From positions 9,159 to 73,158 of the forward strand of contig JAIOPO010000001.1 in the NCBI GenBank assembly GCA_021413905.1: a stretch of 64,000 nt of DNA, given 5' to 3'. This DNA comes from Candidatus Nomurabacteria bacterium (lineage in GTDB: Bacteria > Patescibacteriota > Minisyncoccia > Phycocordibacterales > UBA9973). The translations under genes were made by a program, and so were the position numbers. The notes under the pieces are model-generated. The model was given only the letters and a program-made list of their open reading frames with translations. It was not told the origin of the DNA and searched no databases. This document shows positions 1-10,421 of the stretch, one piece after another (positions within the stretch are counted from its first letter, which is position 1; each line of letters begins with the position of its first letter).

Positions 1-1
1 T

Positions 2-994
2 ACTAGTGTTTCTGGAATTTATACTTTAACTTATACTGCAACTGACATCGCGTTAAATGAAAGTACTACTACGCGAATAGTTGTAGTAGATACTGGTACA
101 AAATTAAATCAGCCGAAATCTGTTTTTGTTTCCGGAAACTATGCGTATGTTGTTTCAGAGAGTAGTAATTCTCTTGAAATTATTGATATTTCTAGCCCTG
201 AAAATCCAAAACATAGAAGCTCTATTTCGCATGGTGCGAATGGGCTTGCTCTTTCTTCTCCTAAATCTGTTTTTGTGTCTGATGATTACGCCTACGTAGT
301 TTCTTATAGTAATAATTTAAATATTTTTGATGTCAGTGACCCTATTTCACCTACTTTAGTAGGTACCATTAGTAATGGCGATGGAAACGCTGGTCTTGAT
401 AAGCCTATTTATGTTTTGGTTGTAGATGATTATGCTTATGTTGTTTCATTTGGAGGGCATAATGTAGAGATTATTGATGTTAGTAGTCCATCTTCTCCAT
501 CTCACATAAGTTCAGTGCCATTTGGCTTACCTATAACTACAACCGCCTTGGCTGTTGTGGGTGATTATTTATATGCAACTTTTTGGAACATTGGTAATGT
601 TGGAGGTGGTTTGAAAATTTTTAATGTATCAGACCCATTTTCTCCTGTATTTAGCGGGAATTTAGAACATAACACAGATGGATCTTCTATTGATAACCCG
701 CAATCAGTTTTTGTTGATGATGATTATGCATATATAACTTCAAGAGGAGCAAATACTTTTGAAATTGTTGATGTATCAAATGCAGATGCTCCATTTCATG
801 TAGGAAATATTAGTCATGGTTCTGGTGACGCTGCTCTCTTAGCTCCCATAAATGCTTTTGTGGACAATAATTATGCCTACGTGGTCTCATTTGTAGGAGA
901 TACTTTGGAAGTTTTAGACATTTCTGACCCTTCCAGCCCAACACATGTTAGCACTTTAACTGATGGTCAAGATGGTGCAGAACTTTCTAGGTGA
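2..994 (+). CDS. LVIVD-repeat beta-propeller-like surface protein (5' partial; the reading frame is open from the window edge)
   Basis: Frame 2 is open from nt 2. It carries tandem ~40-aa units with the consensus S.G.G.A.L..P..VFV.DDYAYVVS....LEI[IV]D[IV]S.P..P.H, which is typical of LVIVD repeats. Confidence 0.6.
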   Translation, partial: TSVSGIYTLTYTATDIALNESTTTRIVVVDTGTKLNQPKSVFVSGNYAYVVSESSNSLEIIDISSPENPKHRSSISHGANGLALSSPKSVFVSDDYAYVVSYSNNLNIFDVSDPISPTLVGTISNGDGNAGLDKPIYVLVVDDYAYVVSFGGHNVEIIDVSSPSSPSHISSVPFGLPITTTALAVVGDYLYATFWNIGNVGGGLKIFNVSDPFSPVFSGNLEHNTDGSSIDNPQSVFVDDDYAYITSRGANTFEIVDVSNADAPFHVGNISHGSGDAALLAPINAFVDNNYAYVVSFVGDTLEVLDISDPSSPTHVSTLTDGQDGAELSR

Positions 995-1087
995 TGCACT
1001 TGAAATTGTCGATATTTCAAATCCAAACAATCCTACCCATGTGAGTAAAATATTAGACGGAGAGTTTTAAATTATTATTAATGTATA

Positions 1088-1109
1088 TACTAATTCGCCC
1101 GAATAGGTA
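1088..1109. promoter_or_regulatory. Near-palindromic motif tactaATTCGccCGAATaggta, upstream of the ArsR-like gene (putative operator)
   Basis: Inverted repeat TATTCG-cc-CGAATA with extended arms. A second copy lies at 1434-1459. Confidence 0.4.
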
Positions 1110-1150
1110 AATATAGTATTTGTGAATATTAAATTTGATATAATATTTAT

Positions 1151-1417
1151 ATGAATCATAAAGAGTTAGAGAAAGTTTTAAAAGCACTTGCCAATAGACG
1201 GCGTATTGCTATTCTTAAGTGTCTGAAACATTTAAATAAAGCATCCGTTGGGGTTGTTGCGAGTGAAATAAAATTATCTTTTAGAGCAACTTCTAGACAT
1301 CTCTCAGTTCTTTTTAGTGCAGATATTCTTGAAAAAGAACAATCAGGTCTTATGGTTTTATATTTCATATCTAAAGATAAAAATCCAATTGTTTCAAAAT
1401 TGTTATCAATTATTTAA
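1151..1417 (+). CDS. ArsR/SmtB-family HTH transcriptional regulator
   Basis: 88 aa. LKALANRRRIAILKCL matches the ArsR HTH signature. Confidence 0.7.
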   Translation: MNHKELEKVLKALANRRRIAILKCLKHLNKASVGVVASEIKLSFRATSRHLSVLFSADILEKEQSGLMVLYFISKDKNPIVSKLLSII

Positions 1418-1433
1418 TTTTTTATATACATAT

Positions 1434-1459
1434 TCGCCCGAATAGGTATATATATATTG
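1434..1459. promoter_or_regulatory. 26-bp near-perfect palindrome tatacATATTCGccCGAATAggtata (second copy of the putative ArsR operator)
   Basis: 12-bp arms with one mismatch and a 2-bp spacer. Lies ~6 bp upstream of the next gene's start codon. Confidence 0.4.
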
Positions 1460-1464
1460 ATTTA

Positions 1465-1842
1465 ATGAAAAAGACATCAAAAGTTAAAGCTAAAAAAAGA
1501 ACTGGCAAAGGATTGGCTAGGAAAGCTTTTAAATTTAAGAGCAGGGTTTTTGTGTGGAACTCTGGAAATATGGAAAGGACAGATGACAGCAGTTCTTGGA
1601 GGTTCGCTAGAGTGCCGGAGAATATTTCAGCCAAGATTAAGGAAATGCAAAAAGGGCGGTTGAGGAGAGGGTGGGGCGCAGTTTATGCCAAAGTTAAAAT
1701 AGGTAAGAGCGAGTGGACGACTTCGGTTTTTCCAGATAGGCATTCCGCGACATATATTTTACCGCTTAAAAAACAAATTCGTTATGAAGAAAATCTTTAT
1801 GATGGAATAGATATCAGAGTTTCTATTAAAATTTGGTTTTAA
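1465..1842 (+). CDS. DUF1905-family protein
   Basis: WTTSVFPDRHSATYILPLKKQIRYEENLYDGIDIRVSIKI matches the DUF1905 C-terminal pattern (W.TSlFP.....LPvK..vR...gl..GD.V.V.l). Confidence 0.5.
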   Translation: MKKTSKVKAKKRTGKGLARKAFKFKSRVFVWNSGNMERTDDSSSWRFARVPENISAKIKEMQKGRLRRGWGAVYAKVKIGKSEWTTSVFPDRHSATYILPLKKQIRYEENLYDGIDIRVSIKIWF

Positions 1843-1865
1843 AATAAATGTAGTATAATTAATTT

Positions 1866-2198
1866 ATGAATAAAATAGCATTTGTAATAATTTTTGCTTG
1901 TTTTGTTTTGGGAGCTTTTTATTTTTTTGAATTAAAGAAAGATGAAGTATTGAACCCTCCGTCCATGTCTGATGAAAAAATTTTAGTGGCAAAGTATATT
2001 CGTGACAATATAAAAATCATTGTTCCTGAAAAGCCAGTTTTAGGTGGGGCTTGGTATGTGGTTGAGTTAAGCCTTGATTCAACATCTAAGACAGGCAGTA
2101 TGACTTATGAAGATGGACATATTCAAAATAAGGCAACTTTTTCTTATGTATTAAACAACGAGGTGGTTTTAGTTAGAGATTTTAAGAAATTAAGATAA
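1866..2198 (+). CDS. hypothetical membrane-anchored protein
   Basis: ORF with an N-terminal hydrophobic helix. Confidence 0.4.
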   Translation: MNKIAFVIIFACFVLGAFYFFELKKDEVLNPPSMSDEKILVAKYIRDNIKIIVPEKPVLGGAWYVVELSLDSTSKTGSMTYEDGHIQNKATFSYVLNNEVVLVRDFKKLR

Positions 2199-2306
2199 TC
2201 TACTTCTTTTGAAGAAAATGGGGTTGTACCTATAGGGGGCTATTTAATAAAGGAATAGTGTGCTATAATGGTAAGATATTAATAATTAATAGAGAAATAT
2301 AAATAT

Positions 2307-2564
2307 ATGGCAGATAAAAAAGTTTCCGCATTCATGAAACCAATGAATGTAAGCGATGAGTTAGCAGAAGTTGTCGGCAAGGGTCCTATGCCTCGTTCTG
2401 AGGTTGTTAAGGCTTTGTGGGTTTATATTAAGAAGAATAATCTTCAAGACCCAAAGAATAAGCGTAACATTAATGCTGATGCGAAGTTAAAGGCAGTATT
2501 TGGTGGTAAGGGAGTAGTAAATATGTTTGAAATGACTAAGCTTGTTTCAAAACATCTTTCATAA
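2307..2564 (+). CDS. SWIB/MDM2-domain protein
   Basis: LSDELAEVVG...RSEVVKALWVYIKKNNLQDPKNKRNINADAKLKAVFG is the SWIB consensus. Confidence 0.8.
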   Translation: MADKKVSAFMKPMNVSDELAEVVGKGPMPRSEVVKALWVYIKKNNLQDPKNKRNINADAKLKAVFGGKGVVNMFEMTKLVSKHLS

Positions 2565-2580
2565 TTTCATATTGTTTTAA

Positions 2581-3148
2581 ACTTAGGAGAGCTCCAAGGA
2601 ATGTAAAAATTTCTGGAGCTCTTCGCCTTTTATCTCTCTATGTGAGCCAGGAGATAACTTGCCAAGTTCTATATTCATAACTCGGACTCTTTTTAAATCT
2701 TCTACTTCTTGAAAGAGGGCGACACACATCCTGCGGATTTGGTTGGACCTAAAAGCCGTTCTGTTATGCGTCCATCATTTGTGAGAATGATAAGTCCATG
2801 GGAGTCTTTATCAAGTCTGCCGACAGGAAAAATATCTTTTACAGCTACGACTTGTTTAATTTCTTTTTCATTACCTTGAGCGGAATGTGTTACCACACCT
2901 TTGGGTTTGTTATAAGCTATGTATATGTAAGGTTTTTGCTTACCACGGAAGCGCACTTCAACTTGGTCCGTCTCTAAAACTTTATCTCCCAAGACTGCAA
3001 GCCTGCCATTTATGAAAACTTTTTTCTCATTGATTAATTCATCCGCACCTCTTCTGGTGGAGTGCTTTTTAAATGCCAAGTATTTGTTTATACGCATTGG
3101 AAAAGAGAAATCTTTTTGGATGTTTACCATAGATTGGCAGTATAGCAT
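2581..3148 (-). pseudogene. RsuA/RluB-family pseudouridine synthase remnant (internal deletion plus frameshift)
   Basis: The 2702-3148 ORF has the S4 domain and PVGRLDKDSHGLIILTNDG motif and stops after RITERLLGP. The next frame, 2581-2698, encodes RVRVMNIELGKLSPGSHREIKGEELQKFL, which is the RsuA C-terminus. About 90 aa of catalytic core are missing. Confidence 0.55.
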
Positions 3149-3190
3149 TTTTTAAGCTATACGTTGTTATTTAGTAAAAATATTTAGATG

Positions 3191-3535
3191 CTATTTTTGT
3201 TCGGGTTCTTTGCGAGAAGAATCCATTCTTTCTTTTATTTGAGCTAGGACTTTTTGGAATTCTTTTTCTTGAGCGTCTCGCCTTTGTCTTTGGATACTCA
3301 AATCTTCATGAGTAGAAGGTCTTGGTCTCTTTTGGCTTTTTCTCTGTATTGTAGGTTTCTTTGGTCTTTCTTTTTGCTCACTTTCTATAGGAGTTAAATC
3401 TTTTGATTTATCCCAATCCCTTATTCTTTTTTCCAGTAATGGGTCTCTTGCCCTTTCTGCTGCCATTGGAGTTGGCTTTTTGTCTTTGCCAATGAAATCT
3501 AGAAAAGGTTTATTACTTTTAGGAAAGTCTTCCAT
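3191..3535 (-). CDS. hypothetical highly charged (K/E/R-rich) protein
   Basis: ORF only. Confidence 0.35.
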   Translation of the reverse strand: MEDFPKSNKPFLDFIGKDKKPTPMAAERARDPLLEKRIRDWDKSKDLTPIESEQKERPKKPTIQRKSQKRPRPSTHEDLSIQRQRRDAQEKEFQKVLAQIKERMDSSRKEPEQK

Positions 3536-3632
3536 GTCTATTATTATATAAAATGAAATTTATTTATACAATCCTATCAAAACGAGGACATTCTTTCTAT
3601 TTTTAGAAAATTAATGTAAAGTAGAAACTCAT

Positions 3633-5111
3633 ATGGCACACGGGGAAGCAATTATAAGATTTGATAAGGTTTCATTTAATTATGGACACAACAAGCCTAT
3701 TTTAGACGAGGTTAGCTTTTCTGTGCGTCGTGGGATGAAGGCTACTATTGTCGGACAAAATGGTGCTGGTAAAAGCACAATTTTTTCTTTAATTACAGGA
3801 GAAAAAAAGCCAGAAGAAGGACAGATTCATTTAGCGCCTAAAATAGCTATTGCGATTTCTAGGCAAGTTATCCCTAGAAGCGAGCTTGAGTTAACAGTAC
3901 GGGAATTTTTCCAGAAATGTTTCTCTGAAAAAGTTTATGACATTGACCCTAGAATAGATGATGTTTTAGAAGTGGTTAATTTAAAAGGTCATGAAAAAGT
4001 TCACGATAGAGTAATTAAAACATTTTCTGGTGGTCAACAAGCCCGCCTTTTACTTGCGTCTGCTTTAATTCAAGAGCCAGATATTTTGCTTTTAGATGAA
4101 CCGACAAATAATTTAGACAAAGCAGGCATCGCACACCTGACTGACTTTTTAGTGAAATACAAAAAAACGGTTATTGTGATTTCACACGATGCGGAATTTT
4201 TAAATGCTTTTACGGAGAGCGTGTTATACCTTGATGTTTATACAAAAAAAGTAGAATACTATGTTGGAAATTATTTTAATGTGATAAAAGATATTTCTGC
4301 GCGAGTGGAAAAAGAAAATATGAAGAACGCTCAGCTCGCAAAAGAAATTCAAGCCAAGAAAGACCAAGCCAATGTGTTTGCGCATAAAGGTGGAGGCTTG
4401 AGACTTGTGGCTAGAAGAATGCGCGAAAAAGCAGAAGAATTAGAAGAAGAAATGGTGGAGGTTAGAAAAGAAGATAAAACTATCAGACCTTTTATTATTC
4501 CATGCCAAGAAGATATAAATGGTGAGCTGGTTAATATTACATCTTTAAGTATTGTTAATCCGAAGACTCATAAAATAGTAGCGCGCAAGGCCTTGGTATC
4601 TTTGAAAAAGAAAACCCATCTTTTGCTTTCGGGTCCAAACGGTATTGGCAAAAGCACCCTTTTAGAATCATTGGCAAAAGGAGAGGCAAAGGGAGCTAAA
4701 ATAACTCCTGGAATTCGGGTGGGTTATTATCGGCAAGATTTTTCTACATTAAACTTTGAAGATACGGTTCGGGAGTCGCTCACTAAAGTTTTAAAAGAAG
4801 TCACTGGTAAAATTGATGAAGAATATATGCGTAGTGTGGCGGCCAGCTTTTTGATTACCAGTGATGTTATTAATACAAAAATAGGGGATTTATCGGAAGG
4901 GCAGAAAGGTTTAGTGGCTTTTGCGCGACTTGTGCTAGAACGCCCTGGTATCCTTATTTTAGACGAGCCTACAAACCACATCAATTTCCGACATTTACCC
5001 ATCATAGCCAAAGCATTAGACCAATATGAGGGGGCTATGATTTTAGTTAGTCACGTGCCTGATTTTGTGGCTCAAATACGTATTGACGAAACTCTAGATT
5101 TGGAGAAGTAG
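3633..5111 (+). CDS. ABC-F family ATPase (tandem ABC domains, no transmembrane domain)
   Basis: Two Walker A motifs (GQNGAGKST, GPNGIGKST), two ABC signatures (FSGGQQARL, LSEGQKGL) and two Walker B motifs. Confidence 0.9.
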   Translation: MAHGEAIIRFDKVSFNYGHNKPILDEVSFSVRRGMKATIVGQNGAGKSTIFSLITGEKKPEEGQIHLAPKIAIAISRQVIPRSELELTVREFFQKCFSEKVYDIDPRIDDVLEVVNLKGHEKVHDRVIKTFSGGQQARLLLASALIQEPDILLLDEPTNNLDKAGIAHLTDFLVKYKKTVIVISHDAEFLNAFTESVLYLDVYTKKVEYYVGNYFNVIKDISARVEKENMKNAQLAKEIQAKKDQANVFAHKGGGLRLVARRMREKAEELEEEMVEVRKEDKTIRPFIIPCQEDINGELVNITSLSIVNPKTHKIVARKALVSLKKKTHLLLSGPNGIGKSTLLESLAKGEAKGAKITPGIRVGYYRQDFSTLNFEDTVRESLTKVLKEVTGKIDEEYMRSVAASFLITSDVINTKIGDLSEGQKGLVAFARLVLERPGILILDEPTNHINFRHLPIIAKALDQYEGAMILVSHVPDFVAQIRIDETLDLEK

Positions 5112-5175
5112 ATTATTTAATTGAAATATCAAAAATGGTATAATTAACTTAGGTTATTATTAACTTAAAAAAGCC

Positions 5176-5583
5176 ATGGATAAATTATTTAATAGAGTTG
5201 TGCATTTTGAAATACATGCTCTGGACCCAGAGCGAGCAATAAAATTTTATACGGAAGTTTTTGATTGGAGTATAAAAAAATGGGAAGCGACTAGTGTTGA
5301 GTATTGGTTGGTTGCAACTTGTCCCGAAAATACACCAAATAGTATTAATGGCGGGCTTGTGAGAAGAAAAGGCGCCGCGCCAGCTGAAAACGCCCCGATT
5401 AGTGGCTGTGTTTGTGTGCTTAGTGTAAAAAATATTGATGAGACCCTAAAAAAAGTTACGGAAAAAGGTGGACGTGTAGCCATCCCTAAATCTGAAGTTC
5501 CTAATATTGGATTTTTAGCTTATTTTGAAGATACAGAAAGGAATATTTTCGGCATCTGGCAAGATGCTAAAAATACTAGATAA
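5176..5583 (+). CDS. VOC (glyoxalase/bleomycin-resistance) family protein
   Basis: VHFEIHALDPERAIKFYTEVFDW ... IFGIWQ is the VOC fold pattern. Confidence 0.7.
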   Translation: MDKLFNRVVHFEIHALDPERAIKFYTEVFDWSIKKWEATSVEYWLVATCPENTPNSINGGLVRRKGAAPAENAPISGCVCVLSVKNIDETLKKVTEKGGRVAIPKSEVPNIGFLAYFEDTERNIFGIWQDAKNTR

Positions 5584-5610
5584 ATAAAGGTTAAATTGAT
5601 GTTTTAGGTT

Positions 5611-5645
5611 GCTTGACACTGGTTTTGGCTTAGTATATACTCTCC
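5611..5645 (+). promoter_or_regulatory. sigma70-type promoter of the 16S rRNA unit (TTGACA-17-TATACT)
   Basis: ttgacactggttttggcttagtatatact, about 300 nt upstream of the 16S gene. Confidence 0.6.
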
Positions 5646-5931
5646 CTTAGGCGTCGTATCCATTTGGATAGGCGTTTTTGTTTCAATGTATCTTTGACAA
5701 TTGAATATTCCGAGAGCGTTCCGCTCTCGGAAAAGCCTACTTTTACTTAGGAGTAAGAGGTAGGCAAGAACATGTGCAAGTTTGTTTGTTTTTTGAGTAA
5801 AATAATTTTTAGAGCAAAAGATTAAACTCTAACGAGCAACAAAAATGATTTCTAATTATGTTTCCGTGTCATAGACATTGAGGAGCGTAGCGACGAAATG
5901 CTGTTTTTTGTTTTGTTTCGTTCTAATTAAC

Positions 5932-7512
<1,581 letters not shown>

Positions 7513-7710
7513 CCCAACATTAATTTATTAATTGTTGATGATCTCGCCATAAGCGATTTCTAAATCTCGGATGAGATTGGATTAATTGAGTCGGTATTGT
7601 GTAGCTCAATTGACTACACAATGGACAATGATTCTACGTCCTAAAAAGAATATGACAACAAGGGAAAGACCCGAGTTAATAGAACGAAACAAAACAAAGC
7701 ACAGCAAAAA

Positions 7711-7736
7711 CAAAATCGCCCAAAAGGCGATTTTGT
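7711..7736 (+). terminator. rho-independent terminator after the 16S rRNA
   Basis: aaaatcgcc-caaaa-ggcgatttt followed by gtg. Confidence 0.6.
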
Positions 7737-7759
7737 GCTATAAATAAGAAATATAATTT

Positions 7760-10351
7760 ATGCAAAAAAACAAAGCAACAACTGAAGGTAGCATTATCGT
7801 CAAAGGCGCACGAACGCACAATTTGAAAAATGTGACGGTGGAAATGCCTCGCGGGAAAATGATAGTTTTTACCGGTCTTTCAGGTTCCGGAAAAAGTTCA
7901 TTGGCTTTTGATACTATTTTTGCCGAGGGACAAAGACGATATGTGGAATCTCTTTCTTCTTATGCGCGACAATTTTTAAAACAAATGGCAAAGCCGGACG
8001 TGGATGAGATAGAAGGATTAAGTCCTGCGATTTCAATTGATCAAAAATCTAGATCAAACAATCCGCGTTCGACAGTGGCGACTATCACAGAGATTTATGA
8101 TTATCTTCGTGTTCTTTATGCGCGCGTGGGGCGTCCGCATTGTTTGACGTGCGGAGATGAAATAAAAAAACTTTCAAATGAAGAAATTATAAAATTCGTG
8201 ATGGAGAAAATTTCTAAACTTTCCGGTGGAAAAAAGAAAGTGATGGGCGTGGAATTCGACGATACTCCGATACAAATATTTGCTCCAATGGTGCGAGGCA
8301 GAAAAGGCGAATACTATCAATTGCTTTATGATTTGCTTGGCAAAGGATATACCAAGGTCCGCGTGGATGGCACGATGAAGATTTTACGTGAACGTATTGA
8401 TTTATCAAAAACAAAAAAACATGATATTGATGTCTTGGTTGATGAATTTTCTGCGCATGAATTTGCGGTGAAAGATATGAAAGATGTCGAACTGCGTTTA
8501 TCTGAATCAGTCGAGCGAGCATTGTTGGAATCAGACGGATTGATAAAAGTTTTAATAAATAAAGAAGAAACTTTATTATCTGCAAAATTTTCTTGCCCGA
8601 AAGACGGCTTTTCTTTTCCAGAAATAGAACCACGTCTTTTCTCTTTCAATTCTCCACACGGAGCTTGCCCTGAATGTCATGGACTTGGCACAAAACATAT
8701 GTTTGGCGAAGATACTTGTGATGAGTGTAAGGGTGCGAGACTTCGCCCAGAAGCGTTGAAAGTATTTTTATCTGACAAAGAAATCAGTATCGTGGATTTT
8801 ACCGCAATGTCTATCGAAGATGCAGTATTATTTTTTAATAAATTAAAATTAACAGCGCAAGAGCGTGAAATATCTGCAGTATTATTGAGGGAGATTTCTT
8901 CGCGTTTGGAATTTCTTTTAAATGTAGGTTTGGAATATTTATCGCTCGATAGACGAGCAAATACTTTATCCGGCGGAGAAGCTCAGAGAATTCGCTTGGC
9001 TTCACAACTCGGTTCACGCCTTGTCGGAGCATTGTATGTTTTAGATGAGCCAACAATTGGTTTACATCAGAGAGACAATGAAAGACTTATTAAAACGCTT
9101 ACGGATTTGCGTGATTTAGGTAATACTATAATAGTCGTGGAGCATGATGAGGATACCATTTACTCTTCGGATTTTATTGTAGACATTGGTCCAAAAGCCG
9201 GAGTGCACGGCGGGGAAATAATCGTTGCGGATTATTTGGATAAACTTTTAACCGCACCGAAAAATACTTCAAAGTCTAGAACACTCGCATATTTGAGAGA
9301 AGAAGCAAGAATAGAAATTCCGGAAAAAAGACGTGAAGCAGAAAAAGGTAGTATTAAAATAGTCGGTGGTAAAATTTTCAGTATTAAAAATTTAAATGCG
9401 GAAATACCGCTCGGCAGGTTGGTTTCTATCACCGGTGTTTCCGGCTCAGGTAAAAGTTCTTTTATGTATGAGATTTTACATAAGAATTTGCAAGCCAGAT
9501 TTGAAAGAAAATATCGTAGTGCACAGACTTTTAATTGCGCATCTTTTTCTGGAAGCGAATATTTACAACGTGCAGTATTAATAGACCAAAGTCCTATAGG
9601 CAGAACACCGAGATCAAATATTGCGACTTATACTGGAGCATTTACTTTCATTCGTGATTTATTCGCGGAGACAGAAGAAGCGCGTTTCAGAGGCTGGAAG
9701 TCAAATAGATTTTCTTTCAATGTAAAAGGTGGACGATGCGAAGCTTGCGAAGGTAATGGTGAAATAGCTGTGGAGATGCATTTTTTGCCGACAGTTTATG
9801 TGACTTGTGATGTCTGCAATGGAAAAAGATTCGATAAAGAAACTTTGAAAGTAAAATATAAAAAGAAAAATATTTATGAAGTTTTGCAAATGACCGTGGA
9901 GGAGGGCTTGAAATTCTTTGAAGATATTCCTGCTATTTCTGATAGATTGAATAGCTTGGCTGATGTTGGATTAACTTATGTAAAATTAGGACAAAGCGCA
10001 ACGACGCTTTCTGGCGGAGAAGCGCAACGCGTGAAAATCTCCAGCGAGCTTTTCCGTCCGTATTTGGAAAAGACGATTTATCTTTTAGACGAGCCGACTG
10101 TGGGCTTGCATTATGATGATGTTCAGAATTTGATAAATGTTTTGGAAAAATTGGTACACAAGGGGCATAGTGTGGTAGTCATTGAGCACAATATGGATTT
10201 AATAAAATCTTCTGATTATATTTTAGACTTTGGTCCTGAAGGGGGAGATAAAGGTGGTATGTTAATAGCCAAAGGTACACCGGAACAAGTGGCGAATAAT
10301 AATAAAAGTTTCACCGGACAGTATCTTAAAAAAGTTTTAAGGAAGAAATAA
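7760..10351 (+). CDS. uvrA: excinuclease ABC subunit A
   Basis: GLSGSGKSSLAFDTIFAEGQRRYVESLS, zinc-finger cysteines and two ABC modules. Confidence 0.95.
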   Translation: MQKNKATTEGSIIVKGARTHNLKNVTVEMPRGKMIVFTGLSGSGKSSLAFDTIFAEGQRRYVESLSSYARQFLKQMAKPDVDEIEGLSPAISIDQKSRSNNPRSTVATITEIYDYLRVLYARVGRPHCLTCGDEIKKLSNEEIIKFVMEKISKLSGGKKKVMGVEFDDTPIQIFAPMVRGRKGEYYQLLYDLLGKGYTKVRVDGTMKILRERIDLSKTKKHDIDVLVDEFSAHEFAVKDMKDVELRLSESVERALLESDGLIKVLINKEETLLSAKFSCPKDGFSFPEIEPRLFSFNSPHGACPECHGLGTKHMFGEDTCDECKGARLRPEALKVFLSDKEISIVDFTAMSIEDAVLFFNKLKLTAQEREISAVLLREISSRLEFLLNVGLEYLSLDRRANTLSGGEAQRIRLASQLGSRLVGALYVLDEPTIGLHQRDNERLIKTLTDLRDLGNTIIVVEHDEDTIYSSDFIVDIGPKAGVHGGEIIVADYLDKLLTAPKNTSKSRTLAYLREEARIEIPEKRREAEKGSIKIVGGKIFSIKNLNAEIPLGRLVSITGVSGSGKSSFMYEILHKNLQARFERKYRSAQTFNCASFSGSEYLQRAVLIDQSPIGRTPRSNIATYTGAFTFIRDLFAETEEARFRGWKSNRFSFNVKGGRCEACEGNGEIAVEMHFLPTVYVTCDVCNGKRFDKETLKVKYKKKNIYEVLQMTVEEGLKFFEDIPAISDRLNSLADVGLTYVKLGQSATTLSGGEAQRVKISSELFRPYLEKTIYLLDEPTVGLHYDDVQNLINVLEKLVHKGHSVVVIEHNMDLIKSSDYILDFGPEGGDKGGMLIAKGTPEQVANNNKSFTGQYLKKVLRKK

Positions 10352-10421
10352 GGGGAAGCTTGCCCTGTAGTGAGCTTTGCTCTACTGCGGGGTATTTGAA
10401 AAAAGTACTTAGAAAATAAAT

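Noticed and set aside
7513-7710. Possible spacer tRNA or start of the 23S in the region after the 16S
   Set aside because: No tRNA cloverleaf can be folded, and no 23S 5' motif (GGTTAAGTTA-like) is present. The region is the 16S trailer with its processing stem and terminator.
8214-9889. Several 60-140-aa ORFs on the minus strand inside uvrA (8214-8633, 8326-8649, 8835-9056, 9232-9432, 9701-9889)
   Set aside because: They are antisense to a highly conserved gene, low-complexity, and have no motifs. Chance ORFs in AT-rich sequence.
10352-10421. Imperfect GC-rich hairpin after the uvrA stop, as a possible terminator
   Set aside because: The stem is interrupted and no U-run follows. uvrA-uvrC are probably co-transcribed.
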